Part shown: one piece after another, positions 52,762 through 64,000 of the stretch
How positions within the stretch are numbered: the stretch's first letter is position 1
How the letters are laid out: every line of letters starts with the position of its first letter
Assembly: GCF_030684315.1 (NCBI RefSeq)
Contig: NC_081396.1
Coordinates: 496,001-560,000 of the forward strand
Direction: 5' to 3'
DNA from: Stegostoma tigrinum
Lineage: Eukaryota
DNA: 64,000 nucleotides
The notes under the pieces: generated by a model
Told to the model about the DNA's origin: nothing
Seen by the model: only the letters and a program-made list of their open reading frames with translations
Database searches by the model: none
Position numbers and translations under genes: made by a program

Positions 52762-53824
52762 CTGGGAGGAGAATGACAATTATTACTCCCTAACTCCCCA
52801 GTGGGATGTCAGTGTCACTTGCATGGCTGACAATTCATGCTCTTCAGTAGATATATAACTGATAGCCTACTAGACTCTGTCAGAAAGAGTAATGAGTCTT
52901 CGACATTGTTGTGTGCCTGGAAGTAACAAAAATCCCCCTCGTGCTACAGTTTGGGGATCATTTGAGCATAATATGTACATCCTGTTCTGTACTTGCATGT
53001 CTGAGTCATGGAAGAAGAAATTGGATGGTTCACCAAACTCATCACACATTTTCCCCATTGCTACTGATTTCTAAACCATCAGTCATTTCTGTTATCCCAC
53101 AGTTCAGCACATGTTCTGATCACTTTTCAAGCACATTGCACCCAAAAGCCACAACTCTTCTCCCTGTAGGAAATTGCAATGTAACTCTTGAATGCATTGT
53201 AAAGGATAACGAATATTGCATCAGGATGACATCCTTAATGAGCTTTGAGAGTCAACACCCCTGACTGCATTCTTAGATGATATTCCATGTCTGACAAGAA
53301 TCTGACTTTTTTTCCCTTGAGATGGTTTGGGTTTCTCTCCCTTCCTCACTTTTCAAGCATGATAATGAATAATTCCATGACAAAAATATTGACAAATTGA
53401 GATTGATTATATTGAAGATTATCACATTCTGTTGTTAATGATTTGCAAGCATTGGTTCAATGAACACAATCCACAGACAGTGATTTATAAACCTTGCTGT
53501 AATAAATACTGAGCACAGTCAGTAATTTGACACCTGGGATTTAACGTCCACATTGGTGATTAGAAATATTCTGATATTTGTAAGCTGCTCAGCCCTGCCT
53601 TCCATAAATGACCATGTGTTGACATCTAACAGTCCTTAATGATCAGTGATTTCTCAGTATATAAGCTCTCAGAGAGTTAGAAAACAATACCGATTGTAGT
53701 AATGTTCTGATACTGCTGAGAGAACAATGTTCATTTTTAATTTGGTCCTCAAAGCAAAAACTTTCTGAACTGGCTATTTTGTGAGTTTTGAACTATCATG
53801 GACTTTGGTCAATACCTGGGCGAT

Positions 53825-54530
53825 GGGTACATCAGCAAGATGGTGGCAGAGTAGGATGCTCCAGCCAGAGCACCTCCACTCCCCTAGTTCCTTTTCTTTT
53901 CTTTCTTTCTTCATTTTGCCCTCAATTCTTTTCTTTCCAAACTTTTAACATTTAAATATATTCCCAGGCCGGAGGACGTCACTGATGATTCCAGAAGGTG
54001 AGTCCAAGACCAGGCCAGCATGGGAGCCAAGTCCTGGAGGTGAGTCCCAGGGGAGCCAAGTCTGGAGGCCAGCACAGGAGGTGAGTCCTTCGAGCATTTC
54101 CAGACCAGAGGCTGTTGCCGGGAGGCAAGTCCCAGACCAGACGCTAGTGCAGGGTGGCAAGTCCCGGGGCGAGTCCCAGGCTGAAGGCCACCACCGGGGA
54201 GGCAAGGCCCTTGCAGACTGGAAGCGAGGCTTGGAGTTTTCAAACTTGCCTGGTGCAGTCTCTGGAGGTGAGGTGCTGGCACCGACTTGGTGAAAAGGAC
54301 TGTAACTTGGGTACTTTTTTAAAAACTTTTTATTTTTATGCTGGATGTTTTTTTGAGTAATGCAAGTTCTTTTTAAAAACTTTGTATTCCTGTCCTGGAC
54401 TTTATTTTTTATTCTTTCAGTTCTGTGACAAATATAAGCATTTGTACCTAAGGTGGCACCATAAACAGCGATTTTGCAAATTTTCAACTTCACCCATTTA
54501 AGCACATGACAATAAAGTCAACTTTAATTT
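53825..54530 (+). mobile_element. Unclassified non-autonomous shark repeat with internal GC-rich subrepeats
   Basis: Begins aagatggtggc, has repeated gagtcc/aagtcc/ggaggcc units, ends gtacctaagg...catgacaataaa. Confidence 0.4.
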
Positions 54531-55034
54531 TAGTTCTGATTCGAATAGAACACTTTGCATTTCAACAATCAAAGGCTCTCAAAATTTACCATGCTGTACA
54601 GGATCCAGCACATTGTCATGTTCTCTCCCAGTAATTACGCTGATGACCAACGTCATTACAATGGAACAACCTTCCTTGACCAGATCAATGTGATTCAATT
54701 CACAACCAACCCATTAACGGATTCCATACATTTGTTGGTCACATTTATATTGCCTTCAGAGAGAGTGATATCAAAGTTAGCCTTACACAGGAAACTTGCC
54801 ATGCAGCGAGAACAAGAGTATCCACCATTCCCACCAGGAATAAGAAGGGTTCTGTTCCTGTCTCAAACTGGAAGAGCTCATGACTTTGGTAACAAATATC
54901 TTCACCTCCATTGCCATGTGGTAGGGAATGTGGAGTTCCACTCAGGCCCACAACTTTCTCTTCTTCAAACTGGTGTAAGAAGAGTTTCTATGAGGATAAA
55001 TGACATTAATCTTGTCACCAGGCCCAGGACTTAC

Positions 55035-55352
55035 CTTGGACCTTCTTCACCTCCTTCCTGCTGGTAAAGTTGGACGGTGGATGAGACACTGCACAGGTGA
55101 AGACTGAACCTTTCCTCCACTCCTCTGTGCTCACGGTCAGGTAGTGCTTGACACTGAATGTCCCTGTCTGCTCCAGAGCAGTGAGGCCAGCATGGGTGTT
55201 GGAGGAGATCAGGCTGCTGTCCTTCTCCCAGGAGACCTGTATGAGGTCTGGGTAGAATCCAGTGATCACACACTCGAGTGTAACGTTGCTCTGATTCTTG
55301 GTCTCTTGGGCTGGTGGAGGCAGCAGTCTGACCTCGGGACTTTTTTGTGGAA
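55035..55352 (-). CDS. IgW: IgW CH4 exon
   Basis: gttccag|TT CCA CAA... to CAA G|gtaagt, 318 nt, after an 89-bp intron. PEVRLLPPP...LECVITGFYPD...VSW...EEWRKGSVFTCAVSH. Confidence 0.93.
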
Positions 55353-55441
55353 CTGGAACAGATGGGTAAAACAAAGAAGGTGTTAACCTCTTACTATGAG
55401 CTTGGCAAAGTCAGGTATGTAATTTGTGATCTCTTGCTCAC

Positions 55442-55738
55442 CTCTTAGGCTCCTTGTCCGCTTTGACACTGATGAGGAGGAGGGACCACTTTGAGCAGAA
55501 CACACAAACTCCACCCCACTCTCCCACTCCTGTGCTGTGGTTTGGAGTTGGCTGATGATGACGTATTGGGTGCCTTCGTCTCTCTGAGCTGTAACCCCTT
55601 TGCTTCTCTGCCTCCGATTTACCTTCCAGGTGATCTGTACCTGGCTGGGATCAGAACACACTGCTGTACACACCAGGGTGGCGGTTTTATTGATCCAAAG
55701 CTCTTTCACCAAAGGATTTTGGAGAAAGACAGTCATTT
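55442..55738 (-). CDS. IgW: IgW CH3 exon
   Basis: ttcccag|AA ATG ACT... to AGA G|gtgagc, 297 nt. TVFLQNPLVKELWINKTATLVCTAVC...ITW...EWESGVEFVC. Confidence 0.92.
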
Positions 55739-57510
55739 CTGGGAATGGGAAAGGAAAATATTCAGAAGAATTGATGTTTTCTCGTGTCCACAGGTTTCAG
55801 ATGTTTAGGGAAGGCTTTGCTATCATTATAAGAAATGAAATATGGGGACAGAAATGGTATTGAACTGGAGTCTTTTTTAATTCAGAACATCTGCAGCAGA
55901 TACTCGACCATTAGAAAATCCAAGGGTCATTTATAACATGTTTTGCAATTCTCTGTTTGCAAGTTTTGATCAAGAATGTACAATCACTGCACTAAGAATA
56001 AGCCAGACCCATTTCAAATCTGCTTCTTACGTCTGTGATCAAGATTTCACACAAGGCCTGCAATTAACTTGTGGACTGAGCAGTTTTCGGAGACAGCAAT
56101 ATTAATAAATGCAATCTCTGATTTGTAAACTGGAGTGAGACAGAGGTACAATCTGCTTCGCAAAATGAACAATTGAACAAATTCTTCTTATTGAGTGCGA
56201 CAGTGGAATGATTCCTGATGTTAAGACACCAAATCAATGAGAAGCCCACTTCCTTCACCCATGACACTGCCACCTCTGTGTTGCATTGTTGGGGTCATAA
56301 TCCACTTGAGTGCAAAATTCAAAGCTGGCAGTTCAGGGCAGACCAGGGGGAGTGCTTTACCATCAAAGATGCTTTGGATGACAAATGAAAATGAGGCCCC
56401 TACTCCTGTATCATGTGGAAGTAACAGATGGCAGAGCACTATCCTGAAGAAAAGCAGGAGAGCTGTTGCCGATGTCCTGGCCAATTTTGTCTCTCACTCA
56501 TCATCACAAAAAGTGGACTACCGTGTCATTCTTACATTTTTTTTCGTGGAAGCTTGTTCTGTGCAGGTTGGCTGTAATGTTTCCTACATTACAAGAGTGA
56601 CTAGATATTAAAATACCTAATTGGCGGTGAAGGATTTTGGAATGTCTTGCGACTGTGAAAACAATATATAAATGCAAATCTTTCTTTTCTTTCTCTCATT
56701 GCAGTCAGCACTGGAAGCCTCTGTTTTATGATTCTAATCCTAATATTCCATTGCCTTGGCCTTCCCTCTCCCTGTCATCTTCTTCAGCTTTACAATCATC
56801 TGGAAACTCTGTATATTTTGGATCTCTTGTAAATCCTATAATCCCTTTATCCAAGCATTGGTGGCCGGGTCCGAATCTCTGGAACTCACTCCCTACCCCT
56901 CAGTGACCTATTTTCTCTCTTTCTCTCTCCTCCTTAATGACACTTTTTAAAACCATCTCATTGGCCAAGCTTTTGGCCACATCCTAACTTGCCCATTTTT
57001 TGACTCAGTAGCAATTCCTCTCTGGTTTTCCACCACCTTGGGATGCATCACAGGAAGTAATGATCAGCTCTCTCTTGTTGCAATTTGGAGATCATTTTTA
57101 TAGAACATGATCCCCACACTGTCCAATTTCATTCAGATGCCATTAGACTTGGAGGATAATCATTCATTGAATTCAACCATGTTCTTCTTTATACTTGTCT
57201 CTCCACACTGATTATTCTCTCTCTGTATCATATTGAGTTAATACTTGCAAAGAGAAATGATTACTATGTCTGTGTCCTCATCAAACCATTCATCAACACC
57301 AGGTACCAACTCTTCTGGCTGTAGTTTGAGCTGATGTCCAGGAAAGTGGCAGGATCACATGTGTTATTAATCTCAAATGCTTCATTTTTCTCACATGTCT
57401 TTCAGTCAAGATGTTGAGCGATCTCCTTTCAGATTAGCATTGATCAATATATTAGTGACCAATTCTTAATGTTTGCTCTCCCACAATCAAACCACTCAGG
57501 GTCAGAAGTA

Positions 57511-57710
57511 AGAGATAACAAGGTGTGGAGCTGGATGAACTCAGCAGGCCAAGCAGCATCTTAGGAGCAGGAAAGCTGATGTTTCGGGCTAGACCAGTCT
57601 AGACCCAAAACGTCAGCTTTCCTGCTCCTAAGAAGCTGCTTGGCCTACGATGTTCATCCAGCTCCACACCTTGTTATCTGGAATTCTCCAGCATCTGCAG
57701 TTCCTATTAT
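57511..57710. mobile_element. Palindromic (inverted pLTR pair) Penelope-derived insertion with 16-bp target-site duplication
   Basis: CTCAGGGTCAGAAGTA at 57495-57510 and 57711-57726; arms ~57513-57593 and ~57598-57679 are reverse complements. Confidence 0.85.
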
Positions 57711-58236
57711 CTCAGGGTCAGAAGTATTCCCCTTATCATTGGAAAATGGTGAAATCACAGGGTAAGTGACATTTCACTCCATTTACCTTTGTGGAGAAGT
57801 TTAAAAAAAACTTTGTCAATTTGCACCCCTTATCAACATTGAGAACATTCCATTGAATTTTGTCAGTATCTAGGATTGAAGGAAACTTCTCTCAATTTAC
57901 TGTTCCTACCAGTTTTACAGGGCACCAGGTCAGTCCTTATGGCCCAAGTTAATATTTTGCCTCAGGACTAAAATCGTTGAAGGAAGAGGCCAAACTCCTA
58001 TTTTATTGGATCAAGGTGACTGTCCCTCTGGATGACAAATAATCTTCAAATTCTTGTCAACCTGAGTCAGAGCCAAGAGACGGGGGTCAAACCGTGGGAT
58101 CAGGATCTTGCAACCTAACCCGGTACAGGTCACCAAGAAGTGACTACTTAGATAAGTCGATTGGCTAGGAAACACTAAGTGCAACCTGTCAGAGACTTGT
58201 AATGAAATTCAATGGCCAGTTCCATTCACAATGAAC

Positions 58237-58385
58237 TCACAACTTTATTTCACACATTTGATTGGCACAGTTATATTGGTGCTTTTCACCATTTTTGAGG
58301 GTCACATTAAGGTTAGTATGGTAGAGCAGGACTGGCGGAGACTCAGAACAAGAGCGAGGAGGACAAGTGTGAGGAGTACATCCAC
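58237..58385 (-). CDS. IgW: IgW short-form cysteine-rich secretory tail exon (terminal)
   Basis: ctcttccaattccag|GT GGA TGT..., in phase with the CH2 donor. Encodes (G)[48 protein letters not shown], with 5 Cys and an NVT sequon. AATAAA at 58244-58249. Not in the ORF track. Confidence 0.88.
58244..58249 (-). terminator. Poly(A) signal of the short secretory form
   Basis: AATAAA overlaps the last codons (GAA ATA AAG) of the Cys-rich tail exon and is followed by GT-rich sequence. Confidence 0.6.
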
Positions 58386-58871
58386 CTGGAATTGGAAGAG
58401 ATACAAATTTAAATGTTATACATTTTTAGCTCTCCTGCCTCTGTCAGGGACTGGCTCCCTCAGGAGATGGTTGAAATACATCATGGTAATTCATTCAAAT
58501 TCAGCATTCGAAAGATTTATTTAATAAAACAGCACTTGGATGGCAGTGGGAGGAAACCGAAGGTGATTTGAACTGTGAATGTTTTCAGAAGACCATTTGA
58601 CATCTCGCCCCATTTTCATTTCTGTTGCAGTCACATCAAGTAAAATTGAATGAGGGTTTAAATAGCCTCAGTGCTTTACGTTATAATAGTTGTTAGATGC
58701 GATTTTAATATCAAAACAGAAAATACTAAATGTCCCCCCCCCCCCACCCCACCGCCGTTCCTACAATCAATGTCAGTGATTCAAAAATTGTGAGCAAGTG
58801 CTCGCACATTCGGTTATTAGAAGATTGAATTTCTGACAGGGTATCCTTACTCCCTCTCAGAGTCTACTTAC

Positions 58872-59171
58872 CCTCCCGATACTTCATGTTGATCCTGGTG
58901 TTGAAGCTTGTCGGCTCATGGGACACTGCACAAGTGAATTCATCCCCGTTCTTCCAATCCGCCACCTGTACAGTCAGGTAAGAGACTGTTTCAAATGTAC
59001 CATCTTTTGCCTTTTTGGAGAGGAGTTTGGCACCCGATTGGAGCACTCCGGCTTTAAACCAGGAAACCTGGACAATGTCAGGATAGGATCCAGATAGTAT
59101 GCACCCCAGGGCAGCAGTGGTTTGATTGTAGACCATCTCCCAAGATGGAACAACAGAGAAGACATGGGGAG
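58872..59171 (-). CDS. IgW: IgW CH2 exon
   Basis: ttccacag|CT CCC CAT... to GAG G|gtaagt, 300 nt. PHVFSVVPS...LGCILSGSYPD...VSW...LTVQVADWKNGDEFTCAVSH. Confidence 0.92.
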
Positions 59172-60393
59172 CTGTGGAACGTTGCAATATTTCAGATTAC
59201 ATGGAACAGAAAAGATGCACACATTTCCCCCAACATCTAAAGAAACCACCACAATGCCAGTGCCTTCCATATTGACCTTGATTTGCTTGGGAATAATGAG
59301 CCTGATGAGAATGATCTTGCATGTCCAAGTGAGCTGTGATCAGGGGTGCAAGCACCATTCCTACGGATTGCAGAGTGCAGCATCACATTTTACTGAGATC
59401 TGGAGCAAAGGCAGGTCACTGGAAGTTGAGGTGGAGATCAGCCATGATCTAATAAAATGATGGTGCAGTCTCAGAGAGCTGACTGGCCTCCCCTTGTTCA
59501 TGTGCCATTTCTCAGCAGCTCCTTCAATGCCATATTTATACTGTCCCCATATCCTTTGATGTCAAGACTATCTAGAAATCTATCAATTTCTTGTCTTGAT
59601 CTTAATGACTGAGATTCCAGACTGCTAGATTTTGGGAGATAAAAGACAAGTAAAAGATTGAGATAAATTGTTTGCATTTGCTGGAAGATCAGAGTTGATA
59701 AGTGATACAACAAATCCAGACCAGCTTGAGGACATTTTTCTTTGCAAACCTAGCAATTTGTTTGATTCTGGAACATGCTCCCTGGGAGATGCTGGCCTTC
59801 AAATGTATTTTTTGAAAGAGAATTGGATTATTACTTACAATACAAAACATTTGCAGGATCATGGATAAAGGCAGAGGAGTGGAACAATTTTGCATCTTTG
59901 ATAATACTGGCACAGATCTGATGGGTTTAATAGCCTCCTTTCCTGTAAGCTCTTATAAATTGATGATGTGCTAAAGGGTGAAGAGTGGGGCCTCTAATAT
60001 TGGAGCTGGATCAGAAGCTGCACAGAGATTGTGGCATTTCCCTCCTGTCTGGTAAACTAAATACCTTCCCCCCGCAGTCTCCGCCAACCCCCTTCCCCGC
60101 CCCTTACCACCGCCCCGAAATTCAGTTTCACTGACTTCAGTAGAACTAAATGTTGGAATTGTGGCTTCACAGGCGACAATGTTGCCCTGCTTTGGCCTGT
60201 TTGGAATGATTTCTCATGGGTCTTTATTTAGCTCCTGGCAGACTGCCAACAAGCAAGGATACAGCATCTGGAGACAAGAATTAATTTGTGGTGTTTTGGG
60301 CAGAAACCTCCCTCACTTGTTGCTGAAGATTCTTTTCTAACCATATCCCCCAATCCTGTAGAGTTAAGAATGGTAAGTAAGCTCTTTACTAAC

Positions 60394-60714
60394 ATTGAGG
60401 CTGACGCTTTGTGGTCTCAGCTTCCACCATTTCATTTGCCTTGTAGCCCGCCTTGCAGTGGTAGACCTTGCCCGCATTCCAATCCGACGCAGAGACACTG
60501 AGCACACTGCTCATCGTGTACTTCATATTTTGCCCCAAGACTGTGGGATACTTATTGAATCCAGTTGTGATCTCTCTATTGTCACTGGACCATGTCTGTT
60601 GGATGCTCCTGGGCTGGAAATCCTTGACTAGACAGTGGAGGCTGATCTGATCTTGATTGGAGCTTGTGTCACAGGAAGTACTGGAAACATAAACTGAAGG
60701 TTTGGTCTGGGCAT
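60394..60714 (-). CDS. IgW: IgW CH1 exon
   Basis: tttcag|AT GCC CAG... to CAA T|gttagt, 321 nt. (D)AQTKPSVYVSSTSCD...LHCLVKDFQP...TW...LSVSASDWNAGKVYHC. The extra N-terminal Cys is typical of light-chain-binding CH1. Confidence 0.92.
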
Positions 60715-63189
60715 CTGAAACGTAAATAGACAAAACCAATATATAAATTCATGGCAAATTGGAGAGTTTGGGTTAAAGCTACAAGCAGCTGTTTCTGAAA
60801 ACAATTACACTGTCAGACACAGAGTTTACACATGTATATATCATCTGTGACTCAGTTGGGTCTCACTCTCACGTCAAATTCAGAAGGTGATGGGTTCAAA
60901 CTCATTTCAGAATTGAGCACATACTAAGGGAGTGTCCCACCATCTTCCATATCAGAAATTAACTGAGAGCACAAATTAAGTAATGAATAAATTAATTTAT
61001 TATAAAACTGACAGGATCAAATGGTCATTTGTATAAATGGCAGAATTTGACTCCAAAATTATGATAAGAGCAAGACTTGTTTCAAGGTGAGAGTAATTGA
61101 GATATTAAAATACCATAGAACATAAACAAGTGACATTTCCAATCTGCAGAAAAATGGGAATACTAGCAAGAAAGGGATCAGGACCCATAGAAATATATCA
61201 TCCAAGAGGCTGTGAGTTCAAATCTTACCCTGGTAAATTGAAATGGTTATGGCTGTTGATTTGCATGGAGTGGCACCAGAACACACACTCTGGAGAAAGT
61301 GGCAGATTAATACAAACCCTTAAGGTACTTTGCAGAGGGAAATCTGTCTTCTTATTTCAGTGTCCCTTGACATCAAGTGCGACTCAAAATCTATGAATGT
61401 CTGTCTTGAGTTAATGACTGAGCTTCCATGCTGCAAGACTTTGGGAGTGTGTGTGAAATCAAACAACTGGTAAAAGCCAATGAATAGTTGGTGATTGTCA
61501 GTGGAAAGGGGGAGCTGGTGCAGGGTGGGGAAGTAAATAAAGAAATTATTGTTGAAGTTACCTTGACAAAATATTGGACAACTGCAAAATGGAGGTCAAC
61601 GCAGACAGTCCATCTATCAGGCTGGAATCTTGCATTATTCAGGGGAACAGCAAATATACACCTGTCCCACAGGCTTCAATGGACTATTTGGGTGCAAAGT
61701 CAATATTCCATTTGATTCAGTGAGTTTGAAAATGGTTAATTATCTCATGATCTTATTGCTGTTTTTCTATTATTGGCTGCTGCGTTACCAACATTCCACT
61801 GACCATGATGCTTCAAATGTAGTTGATTGGCTGTGAAAACATTTACCAAAGGCACAATATAAATTCAGGTATTTTAGAGAAAACAGTGAAACTAAATCAA
61901 TCAGCTGTCAGTATCAGAAATCAGAGTAAAAGTATTTGACAAAGTTTTAATTCTATTTCTCTCTGCACTGACTTTGATGGAGCAGCTGATCTTTTCCAGT
62001 GTAGGTGACAGGATCGTATCAGTCAACATCATTTACAGGTGACGGTCTTTCACATCCTGGAGCCAGTGGGCAGTAAGTGTAGTTCGTGATACATCAGTGG
62101 ATCAAACAGTGTTGGGAAATGGTGGTCAGGACATGGATGTGGGGATAACTGATAAATTCCTGATGCTGTCAGCATTGACCCGAAGAACAGCAATAGTGAG
62201 GAGAATGATGAGCAGAACTGTATCAGCAGACAGCTGGAATTTATAAAATGATATTCAGGGTGAATCTGTCCTTGAGTGATTTTACTGAGAGTGAATCTCA
62301 GCTCAGGTTACAATCTGTCCTGGCGTCTTTCCAACTGTACTCAATGGGATTGAAAATCTGGGCAGCTGTGAAACACATGGGTGATTCAATGTAACCTGAT
62401 GTGTTCTACAGCCAAGACCACATTCACCCTCAATGTGTGATTGGTGAAACCTCATTTCATGTCAGTGTGTAATTCTGAATCGTCCAACAGAGCTAAAGGA
62501 TACTGTGGTCCATGAGAACTCAAGGTCCAACAGATTCAGAATGGTTCAGCATTTTAGGAAGTGAGGTTGAGGGGGGCGCTGTGGAAATTAAGCAGCCTGG
62601 TGTTATTTTCTTTGCAAGAGTTAAGCAGGGTATGTTCACTTTTGTTCCCTGGTGTAAAACAGACAAGGATTGTTCACTCAGCAGTGATTCAGTGGTTGCA
62701 GTCTCACTTTAAACCAAAAGTTTGGAGGTTTTAGCGGATTCTTGAGCACCAAAACTAGATCGATATTCCTGAGGGAGAACCACACTGTTGGGGTCTGATC
62801 TTTTGGATCAGACATTGAATTGACTTCTCAATGTGCTGGCCAGCATTTATCCCCAGCCAACATCATTAAAAACACATTATCTGGTCAGTATCCTGTTGTT
62901 CATTGGGTCCTGGTTTGCACAAGTTGTCTTCAGAAACCTGACAGCACTTCAAATATACTCAAAAACTATAAACTACTTGGGTACATCCTGAACTCACGGA
63001 AGGCGCTACACAAATACAAATTCTTTCCTTTGCAACTACTTCAAGCAAATGACAAAGAGTTTTGGCGAATACAATAAAGGAGCTTTGCTAGCTTGACAGA
63101 ATGTGCAGCACAGAATGTGTCTATTTGGCCTAATTGGTCCATGCTGGTGTTTATATTCCACTTGAGCCTCATATTATTCTATTCATTCC

Positions 63190-64000
63190 TAGGTTGAGAT
63201 CTCACTATCTGAGGCAGCATTTATTACCTATCCCTTAATTGCACCAGAGAAGGTGATGGTGAGAAATTTTCTTGAACTCCTGCCGACCATTTAGTGTACA
63301 GACACGCACACATGTTAGGATGGGAGTTCCAGGACTTGGGACCAGTGACAGTGAATGTCCAACAATATAGTTCCAGGTCAAGATGGTATGCAGGCTGGAT
63401 AGGAACATGTACGTGGAAATGTTCCAAAGCGCTTACAGCCCTTGTCCTTCTAGATGTTGGTGGTTGTGGGTTTGGAAGGTGCTGTTGAAGGTGCCTTAGT
63501 GATTTATTGCAGTGCATCATGTAGATAGTGCACACTGTTGTCACTAAGGGTTTGTGGTGGAGAGAACAGATGGATCCTTGTCTACACCGTCATAACCAGC
63601 CAATCCCTTCCCTTTTATGGACTTGTCTAGCTTCCCTTTAAATCCACCACTCTTGAAATTTAACAATTTCACATTCGCACCACTCTTTGGCTAAAGAAGT
63701 TCCAAAAAGATTCCGTGAGCACTGTCCTATATTGATGGCCTTGAGTTATGCAGTTTAAGACAGAGATGAGGAAGAAATTCTCCTCATAGAAGAAAGTGAA
63801 TCTCTGAAATTCTTTACTGCAAAGGGCTGTCGAGGCTGGGTCATTAAGTATATTCAAGACTGAGACAGACAGAATTCTTAATCAGGAAGGGAATCAAGGA
63901 AAACGGGGAAAAGGCAGGTAAGTGGAGTGGAGGATGATCAGATCAGTCATAATCGCTTTAAATGGTGGAGCAAACTCAATGGACTGAATAGCCTAATAGG
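63190..64000. mobile_element. Decayed CR1-like LINE 3' fragments
   Basis: LQQHLPNP...FTVTGPKSWNS; NFFSQRVV; gagatgaggaagaaattc. Confidence 0.6.

Larger units (their letters stand above)
47105..60714 (-). other. IgW: IgW immunoglobulin heavy-chain constant-region gene (CH1-CH6, short and long secretory tails, TM1-TM2); V-D-J outside the window
   Basis: Six Ig C1-set exons with AG/GT boundaries, all phase 1, plus a Cys-rich tail exon after CH2 and two membrane exons. Six C domains, a CH1 with a light-chain Cys and a 2-domain short form fit IgW rather than IgNAR (5 C domains, no CH1) or IgM (4). Confidence 0.93.

Noticed and set aside
53960-54290. Switch-region-like tandem repeats in the CH4-CH5 intron
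   Set aside because: Short, internal to a self-contained repeat with its own A-rich end, not AGCT-dense and not upstream of a C region.
50626-60714. IgNAR or IgM assignment for the C exons
   Set aside because: There are six C domains with a Cys-bearing CH1 and a separate Cys-rich tail after CH2. IgNAR has five and no CH1; IgM has four.
61950-62370. Possible decayed Ig exon (acceptor at ~62367; fragments SLKDRFT, PHIHVL)
   Set aside because: Stops in all frames and no correctly spaced Cys/Trp. The resemblance could be chance; tBLASTx would settle it.
60715-64000. J segment or recombination signal sequences upstream of CH1
   Set aside because: No WGxGT-type J motif with a donor and no heptamer-spacer-nonamer found. 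The 62705-62750 donor-like site has an in-frame stop and no J motif.
1-64000. CRISPR arrays or prokaryotic operon/defence systems; remaining short ORFs
   Set aside because: The window is vertebrate DNA with spliceosomal introns. There is no repeat-spacer array, and most listed ORFs are antisense or off-frame reads of TEs and IgW exons.

Overview
Eukaryotic, repeat-rich genomic DNA from a cartilaginous fish. HE1-type V-SINEs, CR1/HER1-like LINEs and shark satellites suggest a shark, probably a carpet/bamboo shark (inference). The only clear host gene is the complete constant region of an IgW heavy-chain gene on the minus strand (47105-60714). It has six C1-set exons (CH1-CH6, the last with an IgM-like secretory tailpiece), a separate cysteine-rich short-secretory tail exon after CH2, and TM1/TM2 membrane exons. 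The tail and TM exons are absent from the ORF track and were read by hand. All exons are open and splice-phase compatible. No V, D or J segment was found, so they should lie beyond 64000. The other ~47 kb downstream of IgW is mostly decayed CR1, L2, Tx1, Gypsy and Penelope elements and SINEs. It also holds several unexplained non-coding structures: a triplicated ETS-containing module, a palindromic E-box/ETS/RUNX/ETS/E-box element that was copied into a Penelope composite insertion, an eroded repeat region rich in NF-kB-like motifs, and an orphan CCAAT/E2F/CHR CpG-rich promoter. I see no firm evidence of a wholly new system. The best candidate for undescribed biology is a putative shark IgW 3' regulatory region, partly built from transposons. 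Repeat boundaries are approximate and family names come from recalled motifs, not database searches.
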